Origin: Candidatus Coprovivens sp.
Lineage (GTDB): Bacteria > Bacillota_I > Bacilli_A > RF39 > UBA660
Length of the DNA stretch: 64,000 bases
Assembly: GCA_051892935.1 (NCBI GenBank)
Contig: JBJFGS010000011.1
Span: 1 to 64,000 of the forward strand
Reading direction: 5' to 3'
The number at the start of each line of letters is the position of its first letter. Positions within the stretch are counted from its first letter, which is position 1. This document shows positions 50,414 through 60,766 of the stretch, piece by piece. The notes below the pieces were generated by a model, which worked only from the letters and a program-made list of their open reading frames with translations, ran no database searches and had not been told where the DNA came from. A program made the translations under genes and the position numbers.

Positions 50414-53400
50414 TTAAAACAAACTTAATTGATTACTTTCTGACATATTATCAAGACAACCAAGCGCTTTAAGCTTTTCCATAGCACTAGTATTTACTTT
50501 TCCTCTATTTCTTAAATCTTCCATTGATATAAAAGGACCACCTTCACGTGCCTTAACAATAGCATCAGCTACGTTATCACCAAGACCATCTAATGCTCTA
50601 AATGGTATAATTAAACCTTTTTGATCTTCAGTAATAACAAATTTCTTACCATCACTCTTATCAACATCAATATTTGAAAAATAGAATCCTCTACAAACCA
50701 TTTCCAAACATATACATAAAGTTTCTCTAGTATCTAACTCTTTATTAGAAGCTTGATTACCTTTAGAGTCTATTTCATCTATTTTAGCACGAATTGCATC
50801 TTCTCCTTTGATCATTGAAGCAATATCAAATTGATCTCTTCTTATAGAAAGATAAGCACAATAATACCAAATTGGATGATGTACTTTAAACCAAGCAATT
50901 CTAAAAGCTGAAGTTACATAAGCTGTAGCATGCGCTTTAGGGAACATATATTTTATTTTACGACAAGATTCAATATACCAATCAGGTATACCAGCTTCTT
51001 TCATAGTTGCAGCATGCTCAGCCCAAGTAGCAGGATCCTTACTAGCTTTTCCTTTACGTACAAATTCCATTATCTTAAATGCCTTAGCAGGTTTCATTCC
51101 CCAAGCAATTAAGTTAACCATAATATCATCACGACATCCAATTACATTTTTAAATGGAACTTGAATAACCCCTTCTTCATTAGGAGTACATAAATCTCTA
51201 GCATTCCCTAACCAAACATCAGTACCATGAGATAAACCAGATATTTTTATTAATTCCGCAAAAGTAGTTGGCTTTGTTTCTTCAAGCATTCCTAATAAGA
51301 AAGATGTACCAAATTCAGGAACACCCAATGTTCCAGTAGGACAATATTTACGACCATCCTTATCGGTAAGCCCCCTTAACTTATATCGATCTACACCTAA
51401 TATTTCAGGACCAGTAAATATTTTCATAGTATCAGGATCACCTAAATCTATCTTCGTAACATCTATACCAGATAAATCTTGTAACATCCTAAGTACAGTT
51501 GGATCATCGTGACCAAGTATATCAAGTTTCAATAAATCAGCATCAATAGCATGATAATCAAAATGAGTTGTTCTCCAAGCACTATTTGGATCATCAGCAG
51601 GATATTGAAATGGCGTAAAATCCCAGATTTCTTTATAACCAGGAACAACTACTATTCCTCCAGGATGTTGTCCAGTTGTTCTTTTAACTCCAGTACAACC
51701 TACACTTATACGTTCTACTTCTGGTGTTCTAATAAATGACTTAATAACACCTTTCTTTTTCAGTTCATCTTTTCCGGTTACTGAAAGACCATAACTTTGA
51801 GCTTCTATTTTCAAAATATCATGCAATCTTTCTTCATAAAATCCTTGTACATAACCAAAAGCTGTCTTATCTGCAACAGTACCAATAGTACCAGCACGAT
51901 AAACATTATCTGTTCCAAACAATACTTTTGTATACTCATGTGCAGAAGATTGATTATCACCTGAAAAATTTAAATCTATATCAGGAACTTTATCAGCATT
52001 AAATCCTAAAAACGTTGCAAATGGCATATCATTACCTTCATGAATCATTATAGTATCACATTTTGGACATTTTTTTTCAGGTAAATCAAAACCAGAAGCA
52101 TATTCTTCAGAATAAGGCTTTCCCTCTTCATTGTTAAATTCTGAATGACAACATTTAGGACAATAATAATGTGCAGGTAAACCATTACATTCTGTAATTC
52201 CCATCATACTTGCAACAAATGAAGAACCAACAGAACCACGTGATCCTACTAAATATCCATCATCATTTGAATGTTTAACTAGTTTTTGAGCAATTAAATA
52301 AATAACGTCAAATCCACCACCAATTATTCCGCCTAACGAAGCTTTCGCTTTTTCAACAGCCTCATCATCTGTAATAGGCTCCTCAGCCTCTCTTTTTATA
52401 CGATCGGCCATTAATCCAACTACTCCATCATAACCACTCATAATAACCTTATGAATATTTTCAGGTAATATTGCATCTATCTCATCATCACTCATATCAG
52501 GATTATCTAATTTAACTTTTTCTGTAACAAGCCCCATAATTTTATCACCATAGAATTCTTGGGCTATACGCTCTTCGATATTTCTAGGTAAAGGATCACC
52601 ATACATACTATGAGCTTTATCAAATACCAAATCTCTACAAGTTTCTTGAGAATGTTCAATAATTGGAGAATAAGGTTTATCTGGATAATCAACAACTTCA
52701 ATTTCTTCAATCAAATCTAATATTTTGCTAGGATTAGTAATTACTATTTCCCTAATTAATTCATCATCTTCTAAAAAACTAAATTCATCTAACATTTCTC
52801 TAGTTGTTCTAAAAAACTGATTAGGAATATGTCCAGCAACAGCTGTCTCGCTATCATTATAATTACCATTTAAAACATATTCACCATCTTTTTCTGAAAC
52901 AACACCTGCAACAGTCAGTTTTCTTAAAACAGAAGATACTATTTTTAATTTTTCTGCTTCTCCATCTTTGCCTTTAAATATTTCTTCAGAAGCATCCTTC
53001 TTATTAGGAGCATAAATATTGGATATATTCAAAGCAGTTATAGGAATTTTTTTAATTTTAGTTAAAACATAAATATATTTAAGGACTTTTTGTGCAACAG
53101 CATCAAGATTAATTCCTTGTGAAGCACATTTTTCAATAACTCTATCAATATTATCTTGATTAGTATTGCGCTTACTACTACCAGATAAATACCTTGCCAA
53201 TTGATGTCTTCCTTTTCCCGGAACATTTTGATTAACAATTATTTCTCTATATAGCCTATCCTCTTTATTTATATTATGAACATCACCAGTTGCAACTATT
53301 AATTTCCCCATTTTTTTAGCGCAATTAATAATTTTCTTCAAACATTTATATAAATGATCTAAATTATTAATATCATGTCCCCTCAACAAATGAGAATAAT

Positions 53401-56203
53401 TCTCTGGTGGTTGTACTTCTATATAATCATAGAATTTCATTGCTTCACACAATTCTTCTTCATTTCTTGTTTCAGCCAAATAAAATATTTCACCATTTAA
53501 ACAAGCACTACCAACTAATATACCTTCTCTATTTTCTTCAATAAGTTTTCGTGGTATTCTAGCATTTCTTTGAATAAAATTTGTATTAGCAAAACTAACA
53601 ATTCTAAATAAGTTTTTAAGACCCTTTTGATTTTTAGCAATAAATGTAACATGTTTCATATTATCATATACATTAGCTATATGTTCACTAAAAGTTTTAC
53701 CAGGTATATTTTCATACATTTGTAAATTATCTTCACAACACCAAGTAAACTTCCATCTATAGTCCATATTACCAAATTTTTCGAATGGATATCCTAATTC
53801 TTCATCTACAACTTCATCTTCATTAGGTTTAAAAACATAATTTTTATAACTAACTAATTCTCCAATATGCTCCATTAATTTTTGATTATTTTGAAAACTT
53901 ATTTCCTCAAGTAATTTTAAATTATTCAAATCACTTATTTTTTCAATTCCTTTAATTTGACTCAACATTTTATTAAAAATATACCCTGTATTTTCTGAGT
54001 CAACATCAGCTCCATGGTGTTGTCCTACATAAACTACAATAGTTAATACCTTTTCTCCAAAATCATCATTAAATTTAATTTCAATATCATTTTCAGCTGG
54101 ATGTAGTATAACTTCATTTTCAAAATCTACAAGATTTACACCATCATTAACTTCTATTGATAATACAACTTTCTCAGTTTTAGAAGCTTTATGCAATGTC
54201 TCCAAATGATAAACATTACGATACTTTTTTATTTTTTCTTCTGTACTTATATCAATATCATAGTATTCTTGTCTTTCAATTTTTAATATTTCCTCATCAT
54301 CGACTTTAATACTTTTAAATGCTTCACCTATTTCAGAATCAATTATTTTTCCACTTATTTCAGACTCATTTACTGTTTCTTCATCTTCATCATCAGCTTC
54401 TCCAGTATCAATTCCATAAAACTTTCCTAAAGCTTTTAAACTATGCTTTTTCAAATCCCTATTAATTACTCTTGATAACATTAATGTATCTATAATAGGA
54501 TTTTCTAATTTACCCAATTCATATTTATAATAAGCCATATCTAACATATTTTTATCGAATCTAGCATTATGAGCAACAAGTGGTAAACCACCTATCCATT
54601 CCTTAAACCTTTTTGTGACATTTTCTTCATTATCAGCATCTTTAACATCATCATCAGAGATATCTGTAACTCTAGTTATGGCTTCATCAATATGATGACC
54701 AGGATTAATTAATTCATCAAAACGATCAACAACTTCTCCATTATGTACCTTAACCGCACCAATTTCTATCATTGAATCTCCTAAACCAGGATTAAAACCA
54801 GTTGTTTCTGTATCGAATATAACAAAAGTATTTCCTTCTATTAATTCATCATTTGGATTAAAACATACATTCAAATAAGACTCACACATTTCAAGCTCAG
54901 TTCCATATCCCGCTTTAAAAAACTTAATATTCTTTTTTTCTTCTTCAGCTTGAGCTATCATTTTTTCCATCTCAGCAATTCCCTCTTCATTACCAGATGT
55001 TTTTATTTCTTCTAAACTTGCCTTTAATTCATCTATTTTAGCCTGTGCTTTCTTTTTTAGTCCTTTATTAAAGGATGTAACTTCTCCAAACACATGTGGA
55101 AAAGACTGACAACAATCATGATCAGTAATTGCTATTCCCGGATGTCCCCAATCCATAGCTTGTTTAACAAGTTTAACCTCATCGCAGACACCATCCATCT
55201 GACTCATCATTGTATGAGCATGAAGCTCTACACGTTTTTCTGTTTCATTATCTAGTCTTTTAAAAGTCGGAATATTTTCTAAAGGCTCATAACTTCTGAA
55301 ATTAAATACCAAGTCATCAGCAAAAGTATCAAATCTAACTTGTCCTTTAAAACTAAACCAACTTCCATCTTTTAACTCTTTACTCTTTGCAACAAAGTCT
55401 TCCTCATCTTTAGCAAAACTTTTAGCTAAAATACTAGAAGTATTATCACTAATCTTAAGAGTTATTAAATATAAATCTCTACCATCTTTTGTTTTTAATT
55501 GATTAAACTCTGAGCCAAAAATATAAGCTTCTAAATGGACATTATTTTCTTCTTGATCAATACTTTCTATAGTAACTAACCCTTCTCTTGAATATTCAAC
55601 TTTCTTTTTAGGTATCCATCCACCTTTACCATAACTATTTGAAGAACTACTAGGTTCATCAATTATTTCAAACTCAATAGGTCTATTTCTTTCTGCTTCA
55701 AGTTCATCCTGAATTTTCTTTTGATTTTCTACATTTATCGCTGTTGTAATCTCCATTTCATAAAAACCTAAATCTATTAACGCTTCACCTAAACCTTTAA
55801 GTTCTTTTTGAATCATATCATATTCTTCACTTTTACTATCCAATTCCACAATAATAAAATCATCATCAATACTAATATTCTTATTTTCTAATGAAACTAA
55901 AGAAGGTCTTTTTGTAATTAAATCTCCAAGTAATACTTTAAAAGCCTCTAAAATATCATCATCATCCATATCATTATAAATGAAATTAATATGACATTTC
56001 CCTTTTCCATTAATACCATTCCTAGCACATTTTACAAGTTCAAAAGTTCTTACAGGATTAATAGGTCTTTCATTTTCAATAAAAACTTCAAATATATTTT
56101 CTTTTTTCTTTAAAACTACTCTAGAAACACTAGCATTTAAAAAATCTCCCTCTTCATCTGAAAAACCAACACTGTTAAAAAAATTTAATAACTTATCTTG
56201 CAT
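50414..56203 (-). CDS. polC: DNA polymerase III PolC-type alpha subunit, enlarged
   Basis: RVELHAHTMMSQMDG, FDTETTG, VAHNARFD, GSRGSVGSS, KVPDIDLNF, KRTTGQHPGG, YMFPKAHA, C-terminal QLSLF clamp motif. Confidence 0.97.
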   Translation of the reverse strand: MQDKLLNFFNSVGFSDEEGDFLNASVSRVVLKKKENIFEVFIENERPINPVRTFELVKCARNGINGKGKCHINFIYNDMDDDDILEAFKVLLGDLITKRPSLVSLENKNISIDDDFIIVELDSKSEEYDMIQKELKGLGEALIDLGFYEMEITTAINVENQKKIQDELEAERNRPIEFEIIDEPSSSSNSYGKGGWIPKKKVEYSREGLVTIESIDQEENNVHLEAYIFGSEFNQLKTKDGRDLYLITLKISDNTSSILAKSFAKDEEDFVAKSKELKDGSWFSFKGQVRFDTFADDLVFNFRSYEPLENIPTFKRLDNETEKRVELHAHTMMSQMDGVCDEVKLVKQAMDWGHPGIAITDHDCCQSFPHVFGEVTSFNKGLKKKAQAKIDELKASLEEIKTSGNEEGIAEMEKMIAQAEEEKKNIKFFKAGYGTELEMCESYLNVCFNPNDELIEGNTFVIFDTETTGFNPGLGDSMIEIGAVKVHNGEVVDRFDELINPGHHIDEAITRVTDISDDDVKDADNEENVTKRFKEWIGGLPLVAHNARFDKNMLDMAYYKYELGKLENPIIDTLMLSRVINRDLKKHSLKALGKFYGIDTGEADDEDEETVNESEISGKIIDSEIGEAFKSIKVDDEEILKIERQEYYDIDISTEEKIKKYRNVYHLETLHKASKTEKVVLSIEVNDGVNLVDFENEVILHPAENDIEIKFNDDFGEKVLTIVVYVGQHHGADVDSENTGYIFNKMLSQIKGIEKISDLNNLKLLEEISFQNNQKLMEHIGELVSYKNYVFKPNEDEVVDEELGYPFEKFGNMDYRWKFTWCCEDNLQMYENIPGKTFSEHIANVYDNMKHVTFIAKNQKGLKNLFRIVSFANTNFIQRNARIPRKLIEENREGILVGSACLNGEIFYLAETRNEEELCEAMKFYDYIEVQPPENYSHLLRGHDINNLDHLYKCLKKIINCAKKMGKLIVATGDVHNINKEDRLYREIIVNQNVPGKGRHQLARYLSGSSKRNTNQDNIDRVIEKCASQGINLDAVAQKVLKYIYVLTKIKKIPITALNISNIYAPNKKDASEEIFKGKDGEAEKLKIVSSVLRKLTVAGVVSEKDGEYVLNGNYNDSETAVAGHIPNQFFRTTREMLDEFSFLEDDELIREIVITNPSKILDLIEEIEVVDYPDKPYSPIIEHSQETCRDLVFDKAHSMYGDPLPRNIEERIAQEFYGDKIMGLVTEKVKLDNPDMSDDEIDAILPENIHKVIMSGYDGVVGLMADRIKREAEEPITDDEAVEKAKASLGGIIGGGFDVIYLIAQKLVKHSNDDGYLVGSRGSVGSSFVASMMGITECNGLPAHYYCPKCCHSEFNNEEGKPYSEEYASGFDLPEKKCPKCDTIMIHEGNDMPFATFLGFNADKVPDIDLNFSGDNQSSAHEYTKVLFGTDNVYRAGTIGTVADKTAFGYVQGFYEERLHDILKIEAQSYGLSVTGKDELKKKGVIKSFIRTPEVERISVGCTGVKRTTGQHPGGIVVVPGYKEIWDFTPFQYPADDPNSAWRTTHFDYHAIDADLLKLDILGHDDPTVLRMLQDLSGIDVTKIDLGDPDTMKIFTGPEILGVDRYKLRGLTDKDGRKYCPTGTLGVPEFGTSFLLGMLEETKPTTFAELIKISGLSHGTDVWLGNARDLCTPNEEGVIQVPFKNVIGCRDDIMVNLIAWGMKPAKAFKIMEFVRKGKASKDPATWAEHAATMKEAGIPDWYIESCRKIKYMFPKAHATAYVTSAFRIAWFKVHHPIWYYCAYLSIRRDQFDIASMIKGEDAIRAKIDEIDSKGNQASNKELDTRETLCICLEMVCRGFYFSNIDVDKSDGKKFVITEDQKGLIIPFRALDGLGDNVADAIVKAREGGPFISMEDLRNRGKVNTSAMEKLKALGCLDNMSESNQLSLF

Positions 56204-56213
56204 ATTAACCCTC

Positions 56214-59117
56214 CTAACTAACTTTTTCTATATTAGAAACAATAATCTGAAATTTATCATTTCTTCTTGTAACTTGTCCCCTTATCTTAACAAAATCATC
56301 TTTCTTAATCATCGTTAAAAATCTATTATTTTTAGGAAAAACTATAAAATCAGCAGTTCCCGTTTCATCACTACCAGAAATAAATCCCATATCTTCAGCT
56401 TTTTTTGTTTTTATTTTCCTAATACTGCCTATTATAACAACAGTATCAACATATTTGTCAAAAAAGTTTCTAATATTTTGAATTTTCATAATACCATCTT
56501 GATATTTACTAGAAGGATGATTAGTAACATAATAACCAAATGTATTAAGTTCTCTACTCATTAATTCTATATCAGTATACTCTTCTTCAATATCATAATT
56601 AGGTTTCATAACCAATGACTCATCCAAATCACTACACAACATTGCATAATCCATAGCACTATCTAAACTATTAAATAAAGTTTTATGATTAATATCAAAA
56701 TCTCTAAAACAATCAGCATCAATTAATGCTTCCAAAGTTTTTTTATTAACACTTTTTCCGTATGTACGTGCAACAAAATTATAAAAATCAGTAAATTTAC
56801 CATTTTTATTTCTTTCATTTATTATTTCCATAACAGCCGAACTACCAACATTATGAATTGCATTCAAAGGAAGTAATAAAGCATTGTTCTTTATTACATA
56901 GTGATCAAGACTAACATTAATACTAGGTTTAAAAATTCTAATATTCTTCAACTTTGCTTCATCAATGTATTCCTTTGTTTTTATATCACTACCGATACTC
57001 ATATTTAATAAATTAGCAATAAAATAGACAGGATAATTTGCTTTTAAATATGCCATTTGATATCCAATTAAAGCATAAGAAACAGAGTGTGCTTTATTAA
57101 ATCCATAATTAGCAAATTTTATAATTAAATCATATACATTATTAGCTTTTTCTTTGGTATAACCATTACTAAATGCTCTTTCAATAAATATTTCTCTTTC
57201 ATGCTCCATTACTTCAACTTTTTTCTTACTCATAGCACGACGTATATTATCTGCCTCAGCAAATGAATAGTTTCCCATTTTTACTAAAACTTGCATTATT
57301 TGCTCTTGATAAATCATAATACCATAAGTATCTTTTAAGATTTTTTCCAATGATTCATCAGGATATACAACTGCTTCTTTACCTTCTTTTCTCCTAATAA
57401 AAGTATCAATATTCTGCATAGGTCCAGGTCTAAATAAAGCAACAGCAGCTACTAAATCGCTAAAATTATCAGGTTTTAACTTACTTAGAAAATTCTTCAT
57501 TCCTGAGCTTTCATATTGAAAAATTCCTTCTGTATCGACCATTTTAAAAATATTAATGGTTTCCTTATCATCAAGTGGAATTTTAGATAAATCAATTTTC
57601 TTTCCAATCTCACTTTCTATTAATTCCAATACATTTTGAATAATCGTCAAATTTCTAAGTGCCAAAAAGTCCATTTTCAGAAGTCCAAGTTCTTCTAAAT
57701 ATTCCATAGTTAAACCAGTAAGCAATTCTCCACCATTTATACAAACTGGAATAATATCATCTAATTCTTTTGAACAAATTACTACTCCTGCCGCATGAGT
57801 ACTAATATGTCTTTTCAAACCCTCTAATTTAAAACTTACTTGATAAACTTTTTTTATATCATTATTAGATAAAACAAATTCTTTAACAAATTTATTTTCA
57901 AAATTATCTTTTAAACTGATTTTAGGATCTAACAAATTACTCAATTTATCTATCATATCAGTATCAATATTTAAACATCTACCTACATCTCTAATAACTT
58001 GTCTAGCTCCTAAAGTACCAAAGGTCATTATATTAGCAACATTCTTTACCCCATATCTACTCTTAACATAATTAATTACTTGATCTCTTTTTGTATATTC
58101 AAAATCTATATCTATATCAGGCATTGTGATTCTTTCAGGATTCAAAAATCTCTCAAATAACAAATCATATTTTATAGGATCAACATTAGTAATTCCTAAA
58201 CAATAACTAACTAATGAACCAGCAGCAGATCCTCTACCAGGACCAACTAATATATTATTTTTTTTAGCAAACTTAACATAATCATACACTATTAAAAAAT
58301 AATCAACAAATCCCATATTTTTAATTACATCAAGTTCCATTTTTAATCTTGTACTATACTCATCAATTACTTGATTATCTAATCTCCTCAACAAACCTTT
58401 TTTACATAAATTACATAAATAAGCATAAGAATCTTCTATATTATTATCATAATGAGGAATATATTTCCCAGAAGTAGGAATTTCAAGATTAATAAGATTA
58501 CTAAATTCAATTGTAGTCTTACAATCTTCCTCGCTAACATATCTATCTAAATAAGCTTCACTATATTCTTGTAAATCAACATTACCACTAGTTTCTATAT
58601 TTCTTAGAATACTCATATATTTAACATCTTGAAAAGAAAAAGTACAAACCTCGTTAATATAAACAATATTATCACACTTTAAAATAGCATTTTTCTTTTC
58701 ATATTCGTTACCATATCCTATATACAAAATACTATAAATATCTTTTATTTCATCAAATATATCAATATTCTTATAAGGCAATATGCACAAAACATCTTTA
58801 CTATAACTTTTTAAATCAATATAATTTATATTTCTACTTTGTATAATTGTATTAATTTTTAATAAATTTTGGTAACCAATATAATTTTTAGCATACAAAT
58901 AAATATTACCTAAACTAAGAGTAACATTTAATCCTATAATCGGTTTAATATTGTTTTTCTTGCATGCGTTATAAAAACACATACATCCAAATAAATTATC
59001 ATCAAGAATACCAGCGGCTGTAATATTATGTTCATTTAAGTAAACAATTAAATCCTGTATTTTTATTAAACTTTTTAATAAAGAATAATCAGTTTTTATA
59101 CCTAAAGGTACATACAT
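56214..59117 (-). CDS. dnaE: DNA polymerase III alpha subunit DnaE
   Basis: GPGRGSAAGSLV, MPDIDIDF, STHAAGVV, GLLKMDFL, YGFNKAHSVSY. Confidence 0.97.
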   Translation of the reverse strand: MYVPLGIKTDYSLLKSLIKIQDLIVYLNEHNITAAGILDDNLFGCMCFYNACKKNNIKPIIGLNVTLSLGNIYLYAKNYIGYQNLLKINTIIQSRNINYIDLKSYSKDVLCILPYKNIDIFDEIKDIYSILYIGYGNEYEKKNAILKCDNIVYINEVCTFSFQDVKYMSILRNIETSGNVDLQEYSEAYLDRYVSEEDCKTTIEFSNLINLEIPTSGKYIPHYDNNIEDSYAYLCNLCKKGLLRRLDNQVIDEYSTRLKMELDVIKNMGFVDYFLIVYDYVKFAKKNNILVGPGRGSAAGSLVSYCLGITNVDPIKYDLLFERFLNPERITMPDIDIDFEYTKRDQVINYVKSRYGVKNVANIMTFGTLGARQVIRDVGRCLNIDTDMIDKLSNLLDPKISLKDNFENKFVKEFVLSNNDIKKVYQVSFKLEGLKRHISTHAAGVVICSKELDDIIPVCINGGELLTGLTMEYLEELGLLKMDFLALRNLTIIQNVLELIESEIGKKIDLSKIPLDDKETINIFKMVDTEGIFQYESSGMKNFLSKLKPDNFSDLVAAVALFRPGPMQNIDTFIRRKEGKEAVVYPDESLEKILKDTYGIMIYQEQIMQVLVKMGNYSFAEADNIRRAMSKKKVEVMEHEREIFIERAFSNGYTKEKANNVYDLIIKFANYGFNKAHSVSYALIGYQMAYLKANYPVYFIANLLNMSIGSDIKTKEYIDEAKLKNIRIFKPSINVSLDHYVIKNNALLLPLNAIHNVGSSAVMEIINERNKNGKFTDFYNFVARTYGKSVNKKTLEALIDADCFRDFDINHKTLFNSLDSAMDYAMLCSDLDESLVMKPNYDIEEEYTDIELMSRELNTFGYYVTNHPSSKYQDGIMKIQNIRNFFDKYVDTVVIIGSIRKIKTKKAEDMGFISGSDETGTADFIVFPKNNRFLTMIKKDDFVKIRGQVTRRNDKFQIIVSNIEKVS

Positions 59118-59224
59118 ATTACCACCACCCTTCACGCATAATATTATAACAAATTAATTTAAAATTCATATATATTTAATAATAGTTTTATAACAATTTT
59201 TATTACTAAAAATACTTGATAACA

Positions 59225-60649
59225 CTATTTGGTAGAATTAACTCGATATAATTCAAATTTATTGCCCATCATATTAAATTTTTTATTCTTTTTATCATAA
59301 TCAAATATATCAAAAAGTATTTTTACTTCACAATTCATCTTTTCTAAATTATTCATATGATTATCAAGGGTCAATACTCTATTTTTATATCCATTTTTGC
59401 ACTCAAGTATTTTCCTTACTTTATTCAAATTTGAAAAGATATTATATTTATCAAGCATTTCATTTTTTATATACTCTTTTTCTTTTTTAGAAGAACATGC
59501 AATAATTATCCAATAATGCAAATTTATTTTATTACTAAATTTAATTTTCTCCTGTCCCAATGACTTTCTACAATAATCAACATTTTTTTTCAATTTATGA
59601 ATAAATGCTGAAAAATTATCTTGTTTTATATCACATAAATTTTCTATATCAATTAAGTTTTGGTGAATTCCATTTAATCCTTTTATTTCATTTCTATCAG
59701 TCTTTAATTCAATTAAATATATATCTTTTCCATCCAAAGAAACAAAAATACAATCAACTTTACCTTTATTAGTAGAATTAAAAACATAATAGTTTTCTTC
59801 AAATCTATAGATTTTATCTACACCAAAATCTTTAAACTTTTTTAAAACTTTTTTATCGGTCATAAACTGATGTTGATAATAATTCCTTATTTCAAAGATA
59901 GTATTAATATAATCATCAATAATTTTTTTCATAGTATTAATGATTACAGAAAGTTTCTCCATATCTAATTTACTTACAGAATAAGAAACAGCTTCATAAA
60001 TCAAAGAAGTAGGTTTCTTCCATCCACTCGTACCATTTATTAAATTTTTAGTTTCGATTTTAGCATTAGAAAAATCATTTAACAAAATATATTCTATATT
60101 AATTATATTAAGAGTTTTATTCAATTTAGTTTTTTCATCATCAAAATCATTCAATCGCATTTCTTCATCAATTGAACAACAACACATTTTATTTCCATTT
60201 TTATTAATACAATTATCATTTAAATTTACATATTTAGAATAATCCTTCATATTATTTCTAACATTTTTTAAAATAAAATCCTTATTTTTTAAAATAATAC
60301 TATCATATTCCTTATAAGATTTAGTAAGAGATTTTTCATATCTAATAAGCATTTTTTTTCTTATCTTTATAAGACCATTATCAAGAAGTTGCATGCGAAA
60401 TTTACTTAGTGCCTTAAATAACTTGTTCCTTGAATAATCATTTGATAAGCTATCAAGATGTTCTTCTAAAAAAGCACTATCTAATTCATAATTATTAGAA
60501 CTAATTTTTAACATTCCATCTTTTATTTCAAAAATTTTAATTCCGTTATAATAGACAAAATCACCATTTTCTCTTATTTTAATAACAAAACTTTTCTTTT
60601 TACCATTCATTTTTTCATAAAATATTTTTCTAACTTCTTTTAATTCCAT
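59225..60649 (-). CDS. putative PD-(D/E)XK nuclease-fold protein
   Basis: E...KVDCIF...IYLIELK motif in the C-terminal half. Confidence 0.55.
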   Translation of the reverse strand: MELKEVRKIFYEKMNGKKKSFVIKIRENGDFVYYNGIKIFEIKDGMLKISSNNYELDSAFLEEHLDSLSNDYSRNKLFKALSKFRMQLLDNGLIKIRKKMLIRYEKSLTKSYKEYDSIILKNKDFILKNVRNNMKDYSKYVNLNDNCINKNGNKMCCCSIDEEMRLNDFDDEKTKLNKTLNIINIEYILLNDFSNAKIETKNLINGTSGWKKPTSLIYEAVSYSVSKLDMEKLSVIINTMKKIIDDYINTIFEIRNYYQHQFMTDKKVLKKFKDFGVDKIYRFEENYYVFNSTNKGKVDCIFVSLDGKDIYLIELKTDRNEIKGLNGIHQNLIDIENLCDIKQDNFSAFIHKLKKNVDYCRKSLGQEKIKFSNKINLHYWIIIACSSKKEKEYIKNEMLDKYNIFSNLNKVRKILECKNGYKNRVLTLDNHMNNLEKMNCEVKILFDIFDYDKKNKKFNMMGNKFELYRVNSTK

Positions 60650-60766
60650 ATTAAATACTCCTATTTTTACAAAAAATTTTGAATCATTTACTATTTTGAT
60701 AATATAATTATATCATAAAAAATATAACTATTAATTACAATCTTAACTAAAAAAATGTCACTATAA

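Noticed and set aside
50414-56203. Inteins as the cause of PolC length
   Set aside because: No Cys/Ser...His-Asn splice junctions and no LAGLIDADG motifs in any insert.
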